Source: Amphiscolops sp. MND2022
Lineage: Eukaryota
NCBI GenBank assembly: GCA_964187785.1
Contig: OZ076413.1
Location: forward strand, 47,742,001 to 47,806,000
Length of the DNA: 64,000 bases
Direction of reading: 5' to 3'
The translations under genes and the position numbers were made by a program. Positions within the stretch are counted from its first letter, which is position 1, and each line of letters begins with the position of its first letter. The notes below the pieces were generated by a model. That model did not search any database. It saw nothing but the letters and a program-made list of their open reading frames with translations, and had not been told where the DNA came from. This document shows positions 51,701-60,241 of this stretch, in pieces.

Positions 51701-54700
51701 GTCCAGAGCTAACATTGATAATCAATCGTTACCGCGATCTGTGTGGCAAGACTTGGGCGCCATTAAAGGCCTCCTTCCGAACACATGTGACAATGCTCTC
51801 TCCAATGACCCCGGACGAGAGTTAGTATACCATGGAGCCGTGAGACCTCAATTGGTTGACTATGTGCAGTATGCCAATACAGACTTCCTGCAAACTCCCC
51901 ATCATATTGTTTTATGTTGTCCCGCAAACCTTGAGACTAATTCGGCCGCTCTTCGTTACGTCATTCGTGAGCATGGTGCAGATGCAATCTTTCAACTTCG
52001 ACCAGAGGTTGGCAATATTGTGACGCTACCCACATCTTTGATAGACGGCCATCCTCAGACTATCCACCTTTTAATCACACGAGCTACACCTCGCTGCCCT
52101 ATGCTCGCTGATATTCTCTTTGGATGTCTTGATCATTTGAAAACGTTACTCGAGCGCTTAGAGGCGATAGAAGTACACTTTGCCATTATTGATCCTGAGC
52201 GCCCAATACGTAATCTTTTCGACTTTTATACCTGTTTGATGGACGTGTTCGCTGATACGCCCCTGACCGTCGTTCTTCACGATCGCGTTTACGTATCTAT
52301 TGCAAGCGTCGCTAGCTTTCCGTAGAACTTTTTGTTTTTTTTCTTTCGCTCTCTTTCTTTTTTTTGTTTTGCCCGCTCCATTAAGTTTAGTGAATCGACA
52401 CGAAGTTTACTTGAAACAAATACGTTACCTTTTCTTTTAATGTTAATTTATGATATGCTATTACTTCCCCTGGTATTACCCTTAAAATGATCTATGGTGT
52501 TACCCTACTATCAAGTGTGCTACAATCGACCTGCACTCTTTCAGAGTTTCCGTCATGAACCAAGGTGATGATGAAAGCAACTACGTCCCTCCAAGGTCTT
52601 CAGATGACTCTCCTGCCTTGGGGCAACGCGTTTACGACACTGCGTGTGTCCAGCGTACCCTACAAATTGCTTTCATTCGGGACAGACTCGACCAAGGTCT
52701 GTCGCCAGCTACAGTAGACGGGGTGGCGGCGATCAAAGCCCAGATGGAATCACAAGTGCATGCCCCTATGCTGACGATATCTATCACTTCAGGCTTTCCT
52801 GGGTTCCAGCGATCTATGACGTTTCAAGATGGAGTGTGGCACGGCCATGATCTCACACATCACTTTACGGATGATCGTGCAGCGATCTCATACAGTCCTG
52901 CGAATGGCGGAGTCCATCAGACCAGATCTCTACAGATCCCTTCTTGCCCGCCTCCACCTCCACCGCCACCTCCTGTATCAATGCCACAAACAGTAGTGCG
53001 TGCGCGCACTTCTGCTCCTGCAGTACCCAACTTGTCCAATCAACCAATGGCAGAACAAGCAGTTATCTCAGCACTGCAAGCAATAGCTATCAACCCTAAT
53101 TACGCTGATTTCATGCGATCCATGGAGCAGTGTTGGCCTGAACTACGCCAAATCGCTCTGCCCACTGTCACTATTCGCAACGAAAACGCCACTTTGAACC
53201 AAACAAGTCAAGATGCAATCACTATTCCTCACGTCAATCCTCAGTCTGAACAACCAGGGCACTCCCGCACCGTGACTGTAGAGCGCAGTCGTTCGCCTTC
53301 CCACTCTTCTCAAAAGGGGGGAGGAGAGAGCCGCCCTGCCTCCAGAAAACGCAATGACCGTTCTCCAACAAAAATGAGTGCTCAACAACCACTAACTGCT
53401 CGTGACAGCCCCTCGAGCAAGCCACCACCCGACAAAAAGATCTCCAACGAGAAGGCCACAACCTCCAAGACGCCAAACCAAACAAAATCAAAAGTGTCGG
53501 AAGCATCCGTGCTTCCCTCACCCCAGCCACAACCAAACGCAACAGGCGAACAACAAGGACTGCCGCAGCCACCATCCACGCAGTCTACAACACGCAAGTC
53601 GCTGGCTCAACGAGCGACTCCTAAGCCTTCTACATCAAGACAGCCACAAACGGAGCAAACTGTGGGTTATCAAGGCACCCCTGAATCTCAGCGAACTGTC
53701 AGGGACATAATGGGTGATTACCCAGGATTGAAGGTAACCAACAGTGGTCCAACTGGAACCCCACTCCGCAAACAGGCAATTCAACACCCAACTAAGAGGA
53801 CCTTTACAAAGCAACCGACATACCTGAGTCCAATGCAAAACACAAAGGGCACGCTGATCACCAAGGACTCCCGACGTATCTGGGAATCGGCAGTTATTGT
53901 ATCACCCGAATGGCTGGTTGAAAAGAACATGTGTCCTCCGAATGACGAAGAGCATGCGAAATTGAAGAAGGCGAATGTACCTGTATTCATGAATCGTCCA
54001 ATTCGCCCCGACCACACCCCTACTAATGAGCCGCCATGGATAGGGAAGGCAATGAATATTCTGCCAAACGTGGAAGACAACTACCTGGACGCCCTCAACA
54101 TTGACCTTCGTGGGCAATTCGCTGACCGATACTTCCTCAACGCTGGAGAGACCTTCGAGATCAACCCGCGGTACGCCCGTGACCTCGAAGCCCAGCTACC
54201 AATGCCAAAAGAAAGGTTGCAGCGTGCGCGCTTCGCCTTACTTGTAGACTCGACCTTCCTCAAAAATATCCCCATTGACAATGTGCTGTCTGACGTGATG
54301 GTTTTCACTCTACCGCTGTCACGTATCCCCGAGATGGCTGAAGTGTTGGTCACCATGTTTGACCCCGAAATGACGGGGACCTTCAAAGAGCCACCCCCAC
54401 GCAGAGTGATCATCAGTAACGTTTTCGATCACATGGCCTGTGAAGGACTAATGGCCCAGATCGCGAACGTTGAAATCATAAATCCAACTCCAGCACAGCG
54501 AGCAACAGTACGCAACGCAGCACTGAATGTGGCCCGAGCCATGGAAAAAACCCAAAATATCCTAAAGAATAAACTCAACGTGCCAGTCTTGTTTGTAACA
54601 CCCCCAGGTTTCTGCCAGTGGTGTCCCGCCTTGCAGAGATTTATCTATATGGTAACAGAAATTTGCAAATGTAGAGAAATAGACTTTGCGATCTGCGCGC

Positions 54701-57700
54701 CCAATATGCGGATCAGCTCCGACGACTTGCGTCCCTCCTGGCTTTCCTACATGGGGTACGTTGCCTCAGTGTCTAAAGTGCTACAGTCAGTGGAAAAGAC
54801 AGGGAACGCGCAGCTGACAATCGATGATGCCATCTATTTTGATCACGGCACTCGTATGGGTTTGTTAGTATTCAACAACAACGGAGAAAGGCGAGTCCCA
54901 GAACCTAGCACGGCTGAATGTGAGGCAGTCCGCCTGAATAACTGGATAGAGCGCGCGCGCTCCTCCGGTGGAAAGACTTGCATTAAAACTGATCTTGCAG
55001 AAGTCACCGCCATAATGAGCAAAATCCCCAGCGACCGAGAACTGGAAAGAGCCATCCCGCGAGTTCAATTTGCCCAGGACCTCACTATTGACCAATTATC
55101 AGTGGGGATGAGGTATATCGCTGCAAAATTGACGAACGAGACTCAGGCTGAAATCCAAGCCTTCAGCAGCACCTACGACGCTTGGTACCAGCGGCTGCAA
55201 ACTACCACCGTAGCAGACATTGCAAAAGAACTTGGGATGTCAACCGACCAATTTGCCATCTGTTTGGGATTGGGTTGGAGTCCCGATGTTATTCGAGTTG
55301 AGTTCGACTTGGACGAACACTGGTTGATCGAAATCAGCAAAATTATCGGCACCATGCAAGTAAACGAACTCTTTGCACTGATGCTCACCTTCGGGCAGAA
55401 ACGCTTCGTAGCTGGCCCAATGATGATATTGACCGACCTGGTTACTGAGTGTAATCTGGAATGGCTATTTTCGTATTTAGTGATTGCGCGAGGCAATATC
55501 TCAGGCCTCACCGCCTTAGCCAAGCTGCTACAACGAAAAGACGCTCAGGATTATCCCGCTCACCTGGAACGCATGACAACTTCGTTATATCACTGGATAT
55601 ACTGCAGTCTGGTCTTTGCCTCGGGACTTTTCGTGGGCGTAGATAAGCACCAACCGTTATATGACGGACGTCAGCTGGTGACCGAGGTGGATTTCTGACA
55701 CCTAGCCAGCTGGCAGATTTCACTTTGGCTGAAGTCGAAGACCTTGTACCGGTGTTAGCACCCGTGCTAACTCCGATATTTGGCCCAACCGGGATACTTC
55801 GCTATCCCACCAAACCTCTGCGACTCGCCTCGGAGACACCAACAGTATCCATCCTGACTTTTCTGAAGAATGTAAAACCGTACAACTATCAGCAGATGCT
55901 TGAACGCGGGCTGTTCCTGCTAATACCCCGCATGTATACCACCATAAAGAACGAAACGCAGCAGGACGAAAACCTGGCCGGCATTCTCAAAGCCCGGACA
56001 AAGAAGGCGTGCCCTCTACCTCGCGAATACGGCCCGGTGAATTGGTACAATTCGCCCCTAGATCACCAGGGAATCCCACAGCGATTCAATTGGAGTTTCG
56101 CACACCTCAGGAAGTACGTGACCGAATGCGTACAAGCGATGGGCGGTCACACAAACCAGGGGTATAATTTTCAGATGATCAAGCTTCCAGCCAGGTACTG
56201 GCGAGGACCCATCGGCTATGCCCGGGCTAAGCCAATCAGCATGGTTGAGAAAGGCTTTAATGAGCAGTGCGCCTATCGCGATCACTACAAACTAGGCGTG
56301 TGGATGTCAAGGACCCTGGAGGAACGCCAAGGGCGCCTAAAAGGCTTGATCATCCCTCCACAGACAATGCCTGTTTGGAATCCAGAGGCGAGGGTCACTA
56401 TGGGAAGCGACATGCCAGCGGAGACCTGCTACCACGTCATGGAACTGCTGAGTGATCCCCTCGGACCCGAATGGGAAGCCTCCAGGCGATTTATAGAACA
56501 TGAAAACAGGGACAACTGGTAGAGAGCCTGCGGGCTCTGGGGCCGACCTGATCTACGCCCGAAACTCAGTGCCAAGCAGAAACGACCCATTGCCACCCGC
56601 AATAGACCGCTAGATCTACCACACCTGTTTAATGCCAGTAGGTTGGATGTGCAGATCCCAACCTCCACGTCGACCACAAGTTCTGCCAATGTTAGCGGCT
56701 CAGCCAATGCAGCGCAAGAACATTCGCCAGAAGTCTCAACTCCCGTAGCTGCAGAAAATGGCCCTAGTGGCTCAAACACGACTCCCAGGACCCATGAAAC
56801 TGCCAGCGCCGAACCAAGGCCAGTCCTGCGAGAAGGAAAAGTGCGAAGAGGATCCCTGTCCGAACCACAACCGAAAGCCGACGTCTCCCCCAGAGCGCGT
56901 CACTTCTCCGCCACCCAGTAAAACAAACCTAACATGATTGCCATTCTGTTTTAAATTTCAATAGTCCTGTGCTAAATAAACCTTTGCGAAACCTCATGGT
57001 TTCAACCACTGTTGTTGCTAAACTTTGATTTTGGAAGTGCCAATTGGTCATGGGTAAAAACCTCCAAGTGGAGATGAAGCCCCCGGGCTTCATCCTCCTC
57101 ATTATTCCGTTCTGGGACCGGCAACCCAACCATAAAACTACGCCTTTGCCTTGCCTTGGTTAAATGCAATATTCAATTTGCAATTTGTGTTTGCAGTTAG
57201 TGCTTTTTCAAGCTACCTTATGCTACCTTATGGATGCGCTGTGCGCACTCCGTGCTCTGAATTTTCGGTGCTATTACACCCTTTTAGTTACTAGTTATTG
57301 TTTACACTGTTGCTATTGTCGAAAAAGACAAAAGGAAAAAAATGAAGGAAAAGGAAACAAAAGGAGAGAGATGAGAAATGGATAGAATAAAAAGATTGAT
57401 GGACCTCGATCATTGTTTTTTCTTTGAGTTACCTGATAGGATTGAGAGTAAGTCTCGCAAAAGAAATTTTTAATTGACTGTACTTATTGGTTGATTTTAT
57501 GGCAACTGCTTATCAAAAGAACTTTTATCAAACGCCAAGCAGTGCGAAGCTCACGAGCTTCGGAAAATAAATTTTGAACTGTCATGTGATGGTCGTTGAC
57601 CTTAAAACAAGTTTTAACACTAACAGCAATGAAAAAAAAAATTTTTGTATGAAAGGCCGAAAAGAAATTTTAACGCCTGAATTGCTCACGACAGGCTACA

Positions 57701-59225
57701 AAAAGTAATAACCCTGCCGTATAAGATTTGTATACAAAGTTGTATTGATTTGATCAAAATGCAGCAACGCTGGGTCAAAAACACTTCCACGAGGCCAACT
57801 TGACGACGTCCCAATGAACTGCCCAGCGCTACTTGATGTGCACTCTACCTCCTCAGTGGGACATTGATGACCCTGGGTAAAGACTCGATGATGCCAACCC
57901 ATACTTGACGGGGACGTCAAGACTAGACCCCGGGGAGTGTATGTAGCGATTACCTATCGAGTACACGATTTCGAAAATTTCGATGAAAATTTCGTTCAAG
58001 GGACTATATCCCCTCTACTGAAAAGTCATATTCCGCTGGATGGCAGCGTGTCTTTATTCAAGTACCTGCCCACAGAATTGAAGAGAATTTGAGTAAAAGA
58101 CTCCGAAGAGACCCCAACCCGAACGAGAAGACTGCAGCAAAACACGGCCGCTGTCAGAAAAAGACTCAAATTTCTGTCAAAACGGACTGAACTTTGTTCT
58201 AGCTAGTGCTTTCTTCAGCGAAGCGTTACAAGACGCTGTGATTACCGAAAATGAGTCAATTGGCTTGACCAAGCATCCGTGCTTGTGTCCCCGGCTAATT
58301 GCTGCCTCAAAAGTGCTAATTATGTAGTAATTTTTGTATTTTCTTGTTGTAACAGCTCGTGAGCTACTTACTTCGATTTCCTGTGTAACTTCGAAAAAAC
58401 TTGATTTTTCCTTTCCACCACTTGCATTTTTTAAAGGCTATCTAAGCGTTGGTTCCGAAGAAAAAGCGTAATGCGCGCTACTGTTAGCAATTACAGACTG
58501 GATCAGGCCGGCGAGCACTTCTTAAGAAGCGGAATCCTCCTCTGACGGGACATTTCTTACCCGAAGGAGGCAAAATGGACTCATGGCCATGGGCGCCTGT
58601 CCCGGGCAAATACCCATGCCATGTGTTCCTCCTGCTCTTATGGTTACGGCGACAATGGTGAGAGCTTGTCGTTACAAACTTTTGTGATGAACTCAGTTGG
58701 ACCACTTGAAAACTTTTTTGACGTACCGGTTGCCGATTGATAGTTCCTTCGAAGGGTCCGGTAGAAAATCAGATAGCAACAATCGTTTAATATTCAGCAC
58801 AATTAGATCCAAAGTCGTCTCAAGGTTTAGATTCAAATGCAAATTGTGTGATAAAAGCGAAACAGCCGACTTTTGATTTTTTTAAAAAAAAAACTAAATA
58901 GCCGATTCTGAAAATGGGACAATTTTCGACACGGTACAAAACAAATACATATCGGACGTTTCGTCATAAATTGAAAGTCGGCTATTTTGTCTCATTTCTA
59001 AAAACCACTTTGCTCTTTCTGAAACCCGGATATTTTACCATATTCTGAAAATCGGGTACTTTTTCCCGCATCCACTGACTGTATCCCAAATGTTACGCGC
59101 TTCGAAGCAGCATTCGAATTTAAAATATATGAAACTACACTTGCCTGTTGAACAAGAATCGGCAGAAGAGAAGCAGTTCCAAAAATTGTCAGAAATAAGC
59201 AACAGTGGAAACCGAAGTTGGTCAT
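12482..59225 (-). CDS. Host gene: secreted histidine acid phosphatase (lysosomal/prostatic ACP family, branch 2), 7 exons, ~382 aa
   Basis: Exons 59225-59145, 34461-34126, 19049-18861, 18169-18040, 17274-17192, 13425-13316 and 12701-12482 join in phase (1149 nt). Signal-like N-terminus, ILVQQ|ICRHGDRAP, WPQGLGYL, DRCIMSA, KFIFYSA|HDTT, PPYAS, IPGC..C..C. No C-terminal transmembrane segment. Confidence 0.9.
12795..13106. repeat. Nested imperfect inverted repeats (fold-back/MITE-like) in intron 6
   Basis: TTTTTTTACAAAACTTGTGAA..TCCAAACTCACTTCA pairs with TGAAGTGAGTTTGGA..TTCACAAGTTTTGTAAAAAAA. GCGGAACAAAAA..GTTTGTAACTTCATGAAGTTACAAAC..TTTTTGTTCCGC is a second hairpin, and the outer arms also pair. 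Confidence 0.8.
13316..13425 (-). CDS. Acid phosphatase exon 6 (HD motif)
   Basis: tttcag|HDTTVLPFMGNLDQPVGPNPPYASCAFLELYQTPED AA|GTAAGA. Confidence 0.9.
14130..16845. mobile_element. 2.7-kb TGT...ACA insert with 5-bp TSD GTATT (solo LTR with cargo, or LTR interrupted by another insertion)
   Basis: GTATT(14125-14129)|TGTGAAAAT ... ATTTCTACA|GTATT(16846-16850). The right ~700 bp looks LTR-like. Confidence 0.5.
14160..15090 (-). pseudogene. Degenerate integrase-type H2C2 zinc-binding domain fused to an OTU-like protease domain
   Basis: LHEELGHCNRNDLV...RERF...VVTTC (second Cys missing). TRNCLCSALSAVLSGTPAH, TDTKLLARRLGINIFEY and, after a stop and frame change, GVYLAV...FHSVAV resemble OTU motifs. 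Confidence 0.5.
17192..17274 (-). CDS. Acid phosphatase exon 5
   Basis: ttttag|(A)PLLALMLENILNKKANNLTQKFIFYSA|GTTAGT. Confidence 0.88.
18040..18169 (-). CDS. Acid phosphatase exon 4
   Basis: ttttag|KAHNFTIPSWLTDD...DKGG G|GTAAGT. Confidence 0.88.
18861..19049 (-). CDS. Acid phosphatase exon 3
   Basis: ttcag|YLAGTTCPALDQEIERL...MYDNVVCD|GTTAGT. Confidence 0.88.
19055..19776 (-). repeat. 3' LTR of element B
   Basis: TGTAACGTC...GACGTTACA, near-identical to 33095-33816. Confidence 0.97.
19777..19786 (-). other. Polypurine tract of element B
   Basis: Minus strand ...CCGGGGAGGA|TGT directly adjoining the 3' LTR. Confidence 0.85.
21061..30057 (-). CDS. gag-pol: Gag-Pol polyprotein, 2998 aa (Gag/CCHC, pseudo-protease + protease, dUTPase-like fold, RT, RNase H, integrase, AT-hooks, tandem macro-like domains)
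   Basis: CVNCGDPSHFVVNC; IDTGSG; RFCCDFRPLN, YIDD; LDTDAS; HDESGH..CLTC; VQFDH/QSDN/LVERQNR; WRGPHKV. Order PR-RT-RH-IN is Gypsy. Confidence 0.97.
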   Translation of the reverse strand: MKKAKALFKSWVTRGNSSQSSPSSMKSGEIEYLKSLNESNRQSSGFHATNPFASDVEELSRLSARAEITADDMIANMFLYDVMSDNVSIADQNSQMAFFSQLNHSRASSDSANFVNGTAMNCGNVWPPMNNSAIDWGDWPNSNGEQAKSSDISKWVENMNAGTAFGEITPQMSLDVDPLGSGVPVFAASRNAVANKTEGYINQNKTETSITSVKSLTEKLISEMTAIMAQRDQQADERLTLISETMHRRDLDVDKRMVDLMTTVQELTLGVKAVVATIPSRPSPVPVALNPANAPSDNASSIQQPTNREIVQHQSRTKLDQRNLNPETVEEAAKGNTPNTIHGQTLAEAITTAMSKGLEPLLAAKEAKNTPTKYRGTRDGIIDGWLMLMKRYLEKAHSKDTSLDRAWTIVEFLENEAQDYIMNKSEAERDTDEKVFALLARRFGTGSSKFQIQQQFRTRNQSDNEDYMQYLDALEGLRSQGFPNEDVTVRRYEIMQRFIEGVGSFELKRNLALMYAQEQYVDTPPTVEALRFTVQQYLHMRGPIRSENYPAPQQHQEPLLASHQNPIPAAAPQAPNGQLPPQPVAVRQQPPKPSRACVNCGDPSHFVVNCTLKDRARKPMPQLVTSCRTNPAGEWSCPSNSQGINNDVVPAALPAQAPPTLRVTFDCTGNTASDCMVPGNAATEEQVKAAWYAPVANSADIIDTDDQIRVISISEEGGPSRPVVVTCGEKQILTTLEAPAPDCTETLISIHLLLSAEQKARPNLTLAQLKEELCRNTSLTIASRPLPHFTRDDDTKLAQIHKVKTIAPVPIAITIDGVDMKFDAIVVLEGHFPQGLYLGRQELRCYNIGVQDAHGEAQIDERASLVVAFGTPLQKPIPLFGMIDTGSGVSILSLSAYKKIAPQHELNLSPYDLELFAANGKTITTVGIAEDVSFQLGGHTLKTNFVVIADHIGSEDFLLGRNFLRTYNVLVDLAAMKVTIRNPKTPRIFKAVHEVSDQEPSFVVSAEEVTLGPFERKVVRAKIITQQPNEFHFRNVMVHPCSIRSNSLFDSEDTLTSVGEDGVVFLALRNQTAKEGVRIKEQTVVGKAVLTNFVFNSVPIQDSREASKLSAEFVNQVHRDLDLDTSSEFSSFAQNFLSSTEPSEIGLSENEKRRRTDPQLLKPIPGPDLSSVLSSWGEGARDKLASVLSEYDDLFMKNKSDIGRCRIAKHRIELEPEAIPHREGARRMSPDKAAKANQEVQNLLALGLIQPSYSPWASGIVMVKKKSGELRFCCDFRPLNDVTVKDAFPLPRIDESLSRIANAKIFTSIDLAWAFWQIPLKKRDRRKTAFACELGLFEWRRMPFGLCNASATFQRSITRALQKIQQRHGSVVMAYIDDIVIATETIEDHLERIREVFECLREAGFKMRAEKCDFMRTETKYLGRVVSTEGIKPDPAAVSKIQEWMPPRNKEELQSFLGFANYYRDFIPFHAAKVQPMQELLRKNQHFYWKEKHQEAFDSVKQALADATTLAAPNEEGRFVLDTDASAVAIAGILHQEQQYNGKTILRPIVYGSKSLTRTQMNYGAPKLEMYAVFYFIEKFHSYLAGREFTLRVDNQALSWLKTYSMDQAMIGRWIARLDQYHFKTIHRPRTQHRNADGLSKRTNDYVHREKIVEALPEVSKGFSFMSQKDYEELPTVPYIDKHGKFIPNHPELPPEARAQLPVLYILKKPPKEDLTSDPSLSSIPWYPQVQWETTPTSTENDRPNCILSVTTKVPAARLDTTKRDPALRRLPTQCQEQADVLRLVGTELHEHQSTMRGLKDLHLAQNRDVHLLALKKLMKNEPLDDTLFPEDVQDFAKRYYHQKKDLLFLNQNDILCVNYIPQQRAMHVRPCMIVMPQLYQHEILYRAHDESGHQGVGKVLARIQERHTWPGIKRDVVNHIKHCLTCQQTKHPAGNPCYPLQSINSSNFNDLVQFDHLKLCKTTSGNNGLLVIIDHFTKFAEAIPCAHDEYDAQTTAKIILNKWFARHGTPARMQSDNATNFTAEIAQELMKASQVTRVTSTPAHPRGNGLVERQNRTLLTLLRVYTSRRMLDWDEHIDGVLGAYNSTRHATTGFSPYMLQHGAEKSIPLSFIYPEFAAREFESKEEFVEHLLARQQEIHELVRRNTHQAQIRQKQKFDRHLKAKAHAVGDAVWVFCHIIPKGGTRKLLRAWRGPHKVTDVLQDGRLYVLDTGQKVHFERLKKHVPAPWDWAAHQPFGLDQNVAIIADPYVEESNEEITSDISRDSFLPEQLPEASFEMEPTAPVPPRTIQTRTQSALEQGIPRRRFSHFGYPSESESDQEPVEQPIEETQQPMVCPEIDDLEPLYSDQEEVLPEPAPSLVPSPSGTSAPLLSNPALTDTLSNFPLFSSRAGSSVELELAEEAEPQEGTGGETQEPGQSMETLPSSGRTATKRGRPRGRPPGRRRGSTTSSSRALTRAHRPYTRSRGRVRTRAQSQTLERAMTLPNIAESISPEQREAEQPTPSQALPYQLRRNRAPRYRCGTCGSRNCSCLNLIRGRPPDKRLARGVDAPATDSADTEAIEDHMQHTIRSIQAKDQDIPQVHHIVITTEKTYSSIGPGVVPPLETTLKAMQETSSSDCPTYRFKEWTWQEKSGLEFTLAAIIPPLPPSMVFGKLEPEDTKVAMVRCITAQKLWQQYGVTSPPGDVYHPTAGWWLLVTSLDETSPVNPGTLLICLENLRTLVEFEDTLCFHLADIYRGKFLSQHWLQLLAITFCRQTKIRLLDKYTYAFENPVTVLEALSVVHDWSCTNLGDRPLRRTVWQDHKAILDHLTPNQDNQSTVTGKLLTTHPKVKPNYLSWISYEETDILQARDTVAICCPADLLSYSAMARYVIREYGQEEIFRLRPAVGKAVHLTRSPSAPWNNEMFLLVTRASSKHPILHDVLHLCLTDLVQKLERAQITRIHLPIYDPERSINMLPAWYSMLRDHFIDSSVDIVLHDRVYVSIALVRKHLNQLKPKA
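33061..33078 (-). other. Primer-binding site, tRNA-Lys-like, 16 nt from the LTR
   Basis: TGGCGCCCCACAAGGGAC matches the classic tRNA-Lys3 PBS TGGCGCCCGAACAGGGAC at 15/18. Confidence 0.75.
33095..33816 (-). repeat. 5' LTR of element B
   Basis: Direct repeat of 19055-19776. Confidence 0.97.
34126..34461 (-). CDS. Acid phosphatase exon 2 (RHGDRAP catalytic motif)
   Basis: ttttccag acceptor, GTAAGT donor, 112 codons. Confidence 0.93.
38498..38805. repeat. Inverted repeat with 148-bp apparently perfect arms and a 12-nt spacer
   Basis: TGCGTTCAACTAAGC...AAAAGGATAG gtgcataaattt CTATCCTTTT...GCTTAGTTGAACGCA. Confidence 0.95.
39442..40171 (+). repeat. 5' LTR of element C
   Basis: TGTAGCGA...TCGTTACA, repeated at 57942-58676. 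Confidence 0.96.
40188..40205 (+). other. Primer-binding site, tRNA-Arg(UCG)-like, 16 nt from the LTR
   Basis: TGGCGACCACAGAAGGAT. TGGCGACC is complementary to a ...GGUCG-CCA acceptor end. Confidence 0.65.
42565..52325 (+). pseudogene. gag-pol: Disrupted gag-pol of element C
   Basis: Start MKTNSLRNLWNSITR parallels B's MKKAKALFKSWVTR. Knuckles CFNCGLPGHFAREC and CVNCGMTEHSASQC; IDTGSG; YIDD; DDE. Lesions: TGA 45277-79 (W in B), TAG 47875-77 (K in B), frameshift ~47963, TGA 49452-54 (R in B). Confidence 0.93.
52555..56921 (+). pseudogene. Third ORF of element C (~1450 aa reconstructed): Pro/Ser-rich region + SGNH-hydrolase-like domain + unknown helical domains
   Basis: ORFs 52555-55698, 55725-56522 and 56643-56921 join via one frameshift (~55685) and one in-frame TAG. 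Preceded by ctctttcAG (52544). FALLVDS / IISNVFDH / DDLRPS resemble SGNH blocks. Confidence 0.7.
57928..57941 (+). other. Polypurine tract of element C
   Basis: CCCCGGGGAGTGTA|TGT, preceded by the hairpin TTGACGGGGACGTCAA. Confidence 0.75.
57942..58676 (+). repeat. 3' LTR of element C
   Basis: Direct repeat of 39442-40171. Confidence 0.96.
59145..59225 (-). CDS. Acid phosphatase exon 1 (signal peptide), ending at a GC donor CAG|GCAAGT
   Basis: MTNFGFHCCLFLTIFGTASLLPILVQQ fits the beta-strand preceding RHGxRxP in phase 0. An alternative in-frame ATG lies at 59243. Confidence 0.7.
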
Positions 59226-60241
59226 AATATCCACCTTCACCATAACATCAACCAAGTATAATGATATTAAATCTCAACCGAACATTTAACCTCTCATATA
59301 AGCTCTAACATTTGCTTTGAAGTTCCAAAGTTCAAGTCACTCAAAGTACTGACAAAATTGATGAATTAGCCTTGGTATCGTTTACTTGTGAAATGTATAA
59401 AACATACAGAAACATACGTTTATAAACAGTGAAACGAGTCGTTTCGTGTTTCAAACTATTCCATCCGGAAATAATACCAACTTATTTAATACAGAAAAAA
59501 AACGATGGTCCTTGAAAAGTATTGGTCAAAATTTTATCTTCTATTTCAATTTGGACGATCCACAGCAACGAAAACTTCGGCATTTCTCAACACTGAAACT
59601 ACTGCATTTTTAACGACTCTATAATTTCAGTCGAAAACATACATCTTTGAAGGAAGTATGCGTAAATGTATTATGCGTTTACATGTCAAATCTATAAATA
59701 TATTCGGCTATAGATCCATTCTAACCATGGGACAGGACACACATGGCTTTTCCAAAAGTACAAAAACAAATCGAAAAAATCATCTGGTGCTATACATTAA
59801 ATATAAGTAATGTTATAAAACAAATGTTAGTCAACAAAGACAGTAAATTCCACGGATTCCGACGTTTTAGATCATCTCATACTTCAAAGTGTTATAAGTT
59901 GGTTATAAGTTCGAGTGGCTGATCTCCAACAATAGCTCGATTCTAAAATACTACATTGTGAGTAACTACCAAGATGAGCAAGTACACTAAAGCATTAAAT
60001 TTGTTTATATTATGAATTTACCTCAGAAATGTTCCAAGGGTAAATTTTTTTTCATAAACTTCTGCTGTATTCGAAAATGAAAACGGACTCCTCTTTAAAA
60101 AATTAAATGAAAAGTATTGATGTACCGAGTACTTCAAGTTTTTACTGCTTAAGATTGCATTTGTTTTGTGAGCTGCGAAACAGTTTTATTGTGCTTTTTG
60201 AAACAAAAACGGATGAAAACTTTCAACGTCGAATATCAAAC

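Larger units (their letters stand above)
39442..58676 (+). mobile_element. Full-length, inactivated Ty3/Gypsy LTR retrotransposon C (19.2 kb), same lineage as B, with a third ORF
   Basis: LTRs 39442-40171 and 57942-58676 (~16 differences by eye, ~2%). Pol is clearly homologous to B. Flanks AAC|...|AAC. Confidence 0.96.

Noticed and set aside
52555..56921. ORF3 as an envelope glycoprotein
   Set aside because: No signal peptide, furin site/fusion peptide arrangement or clear C-terminal transmembrane anchor is visible.
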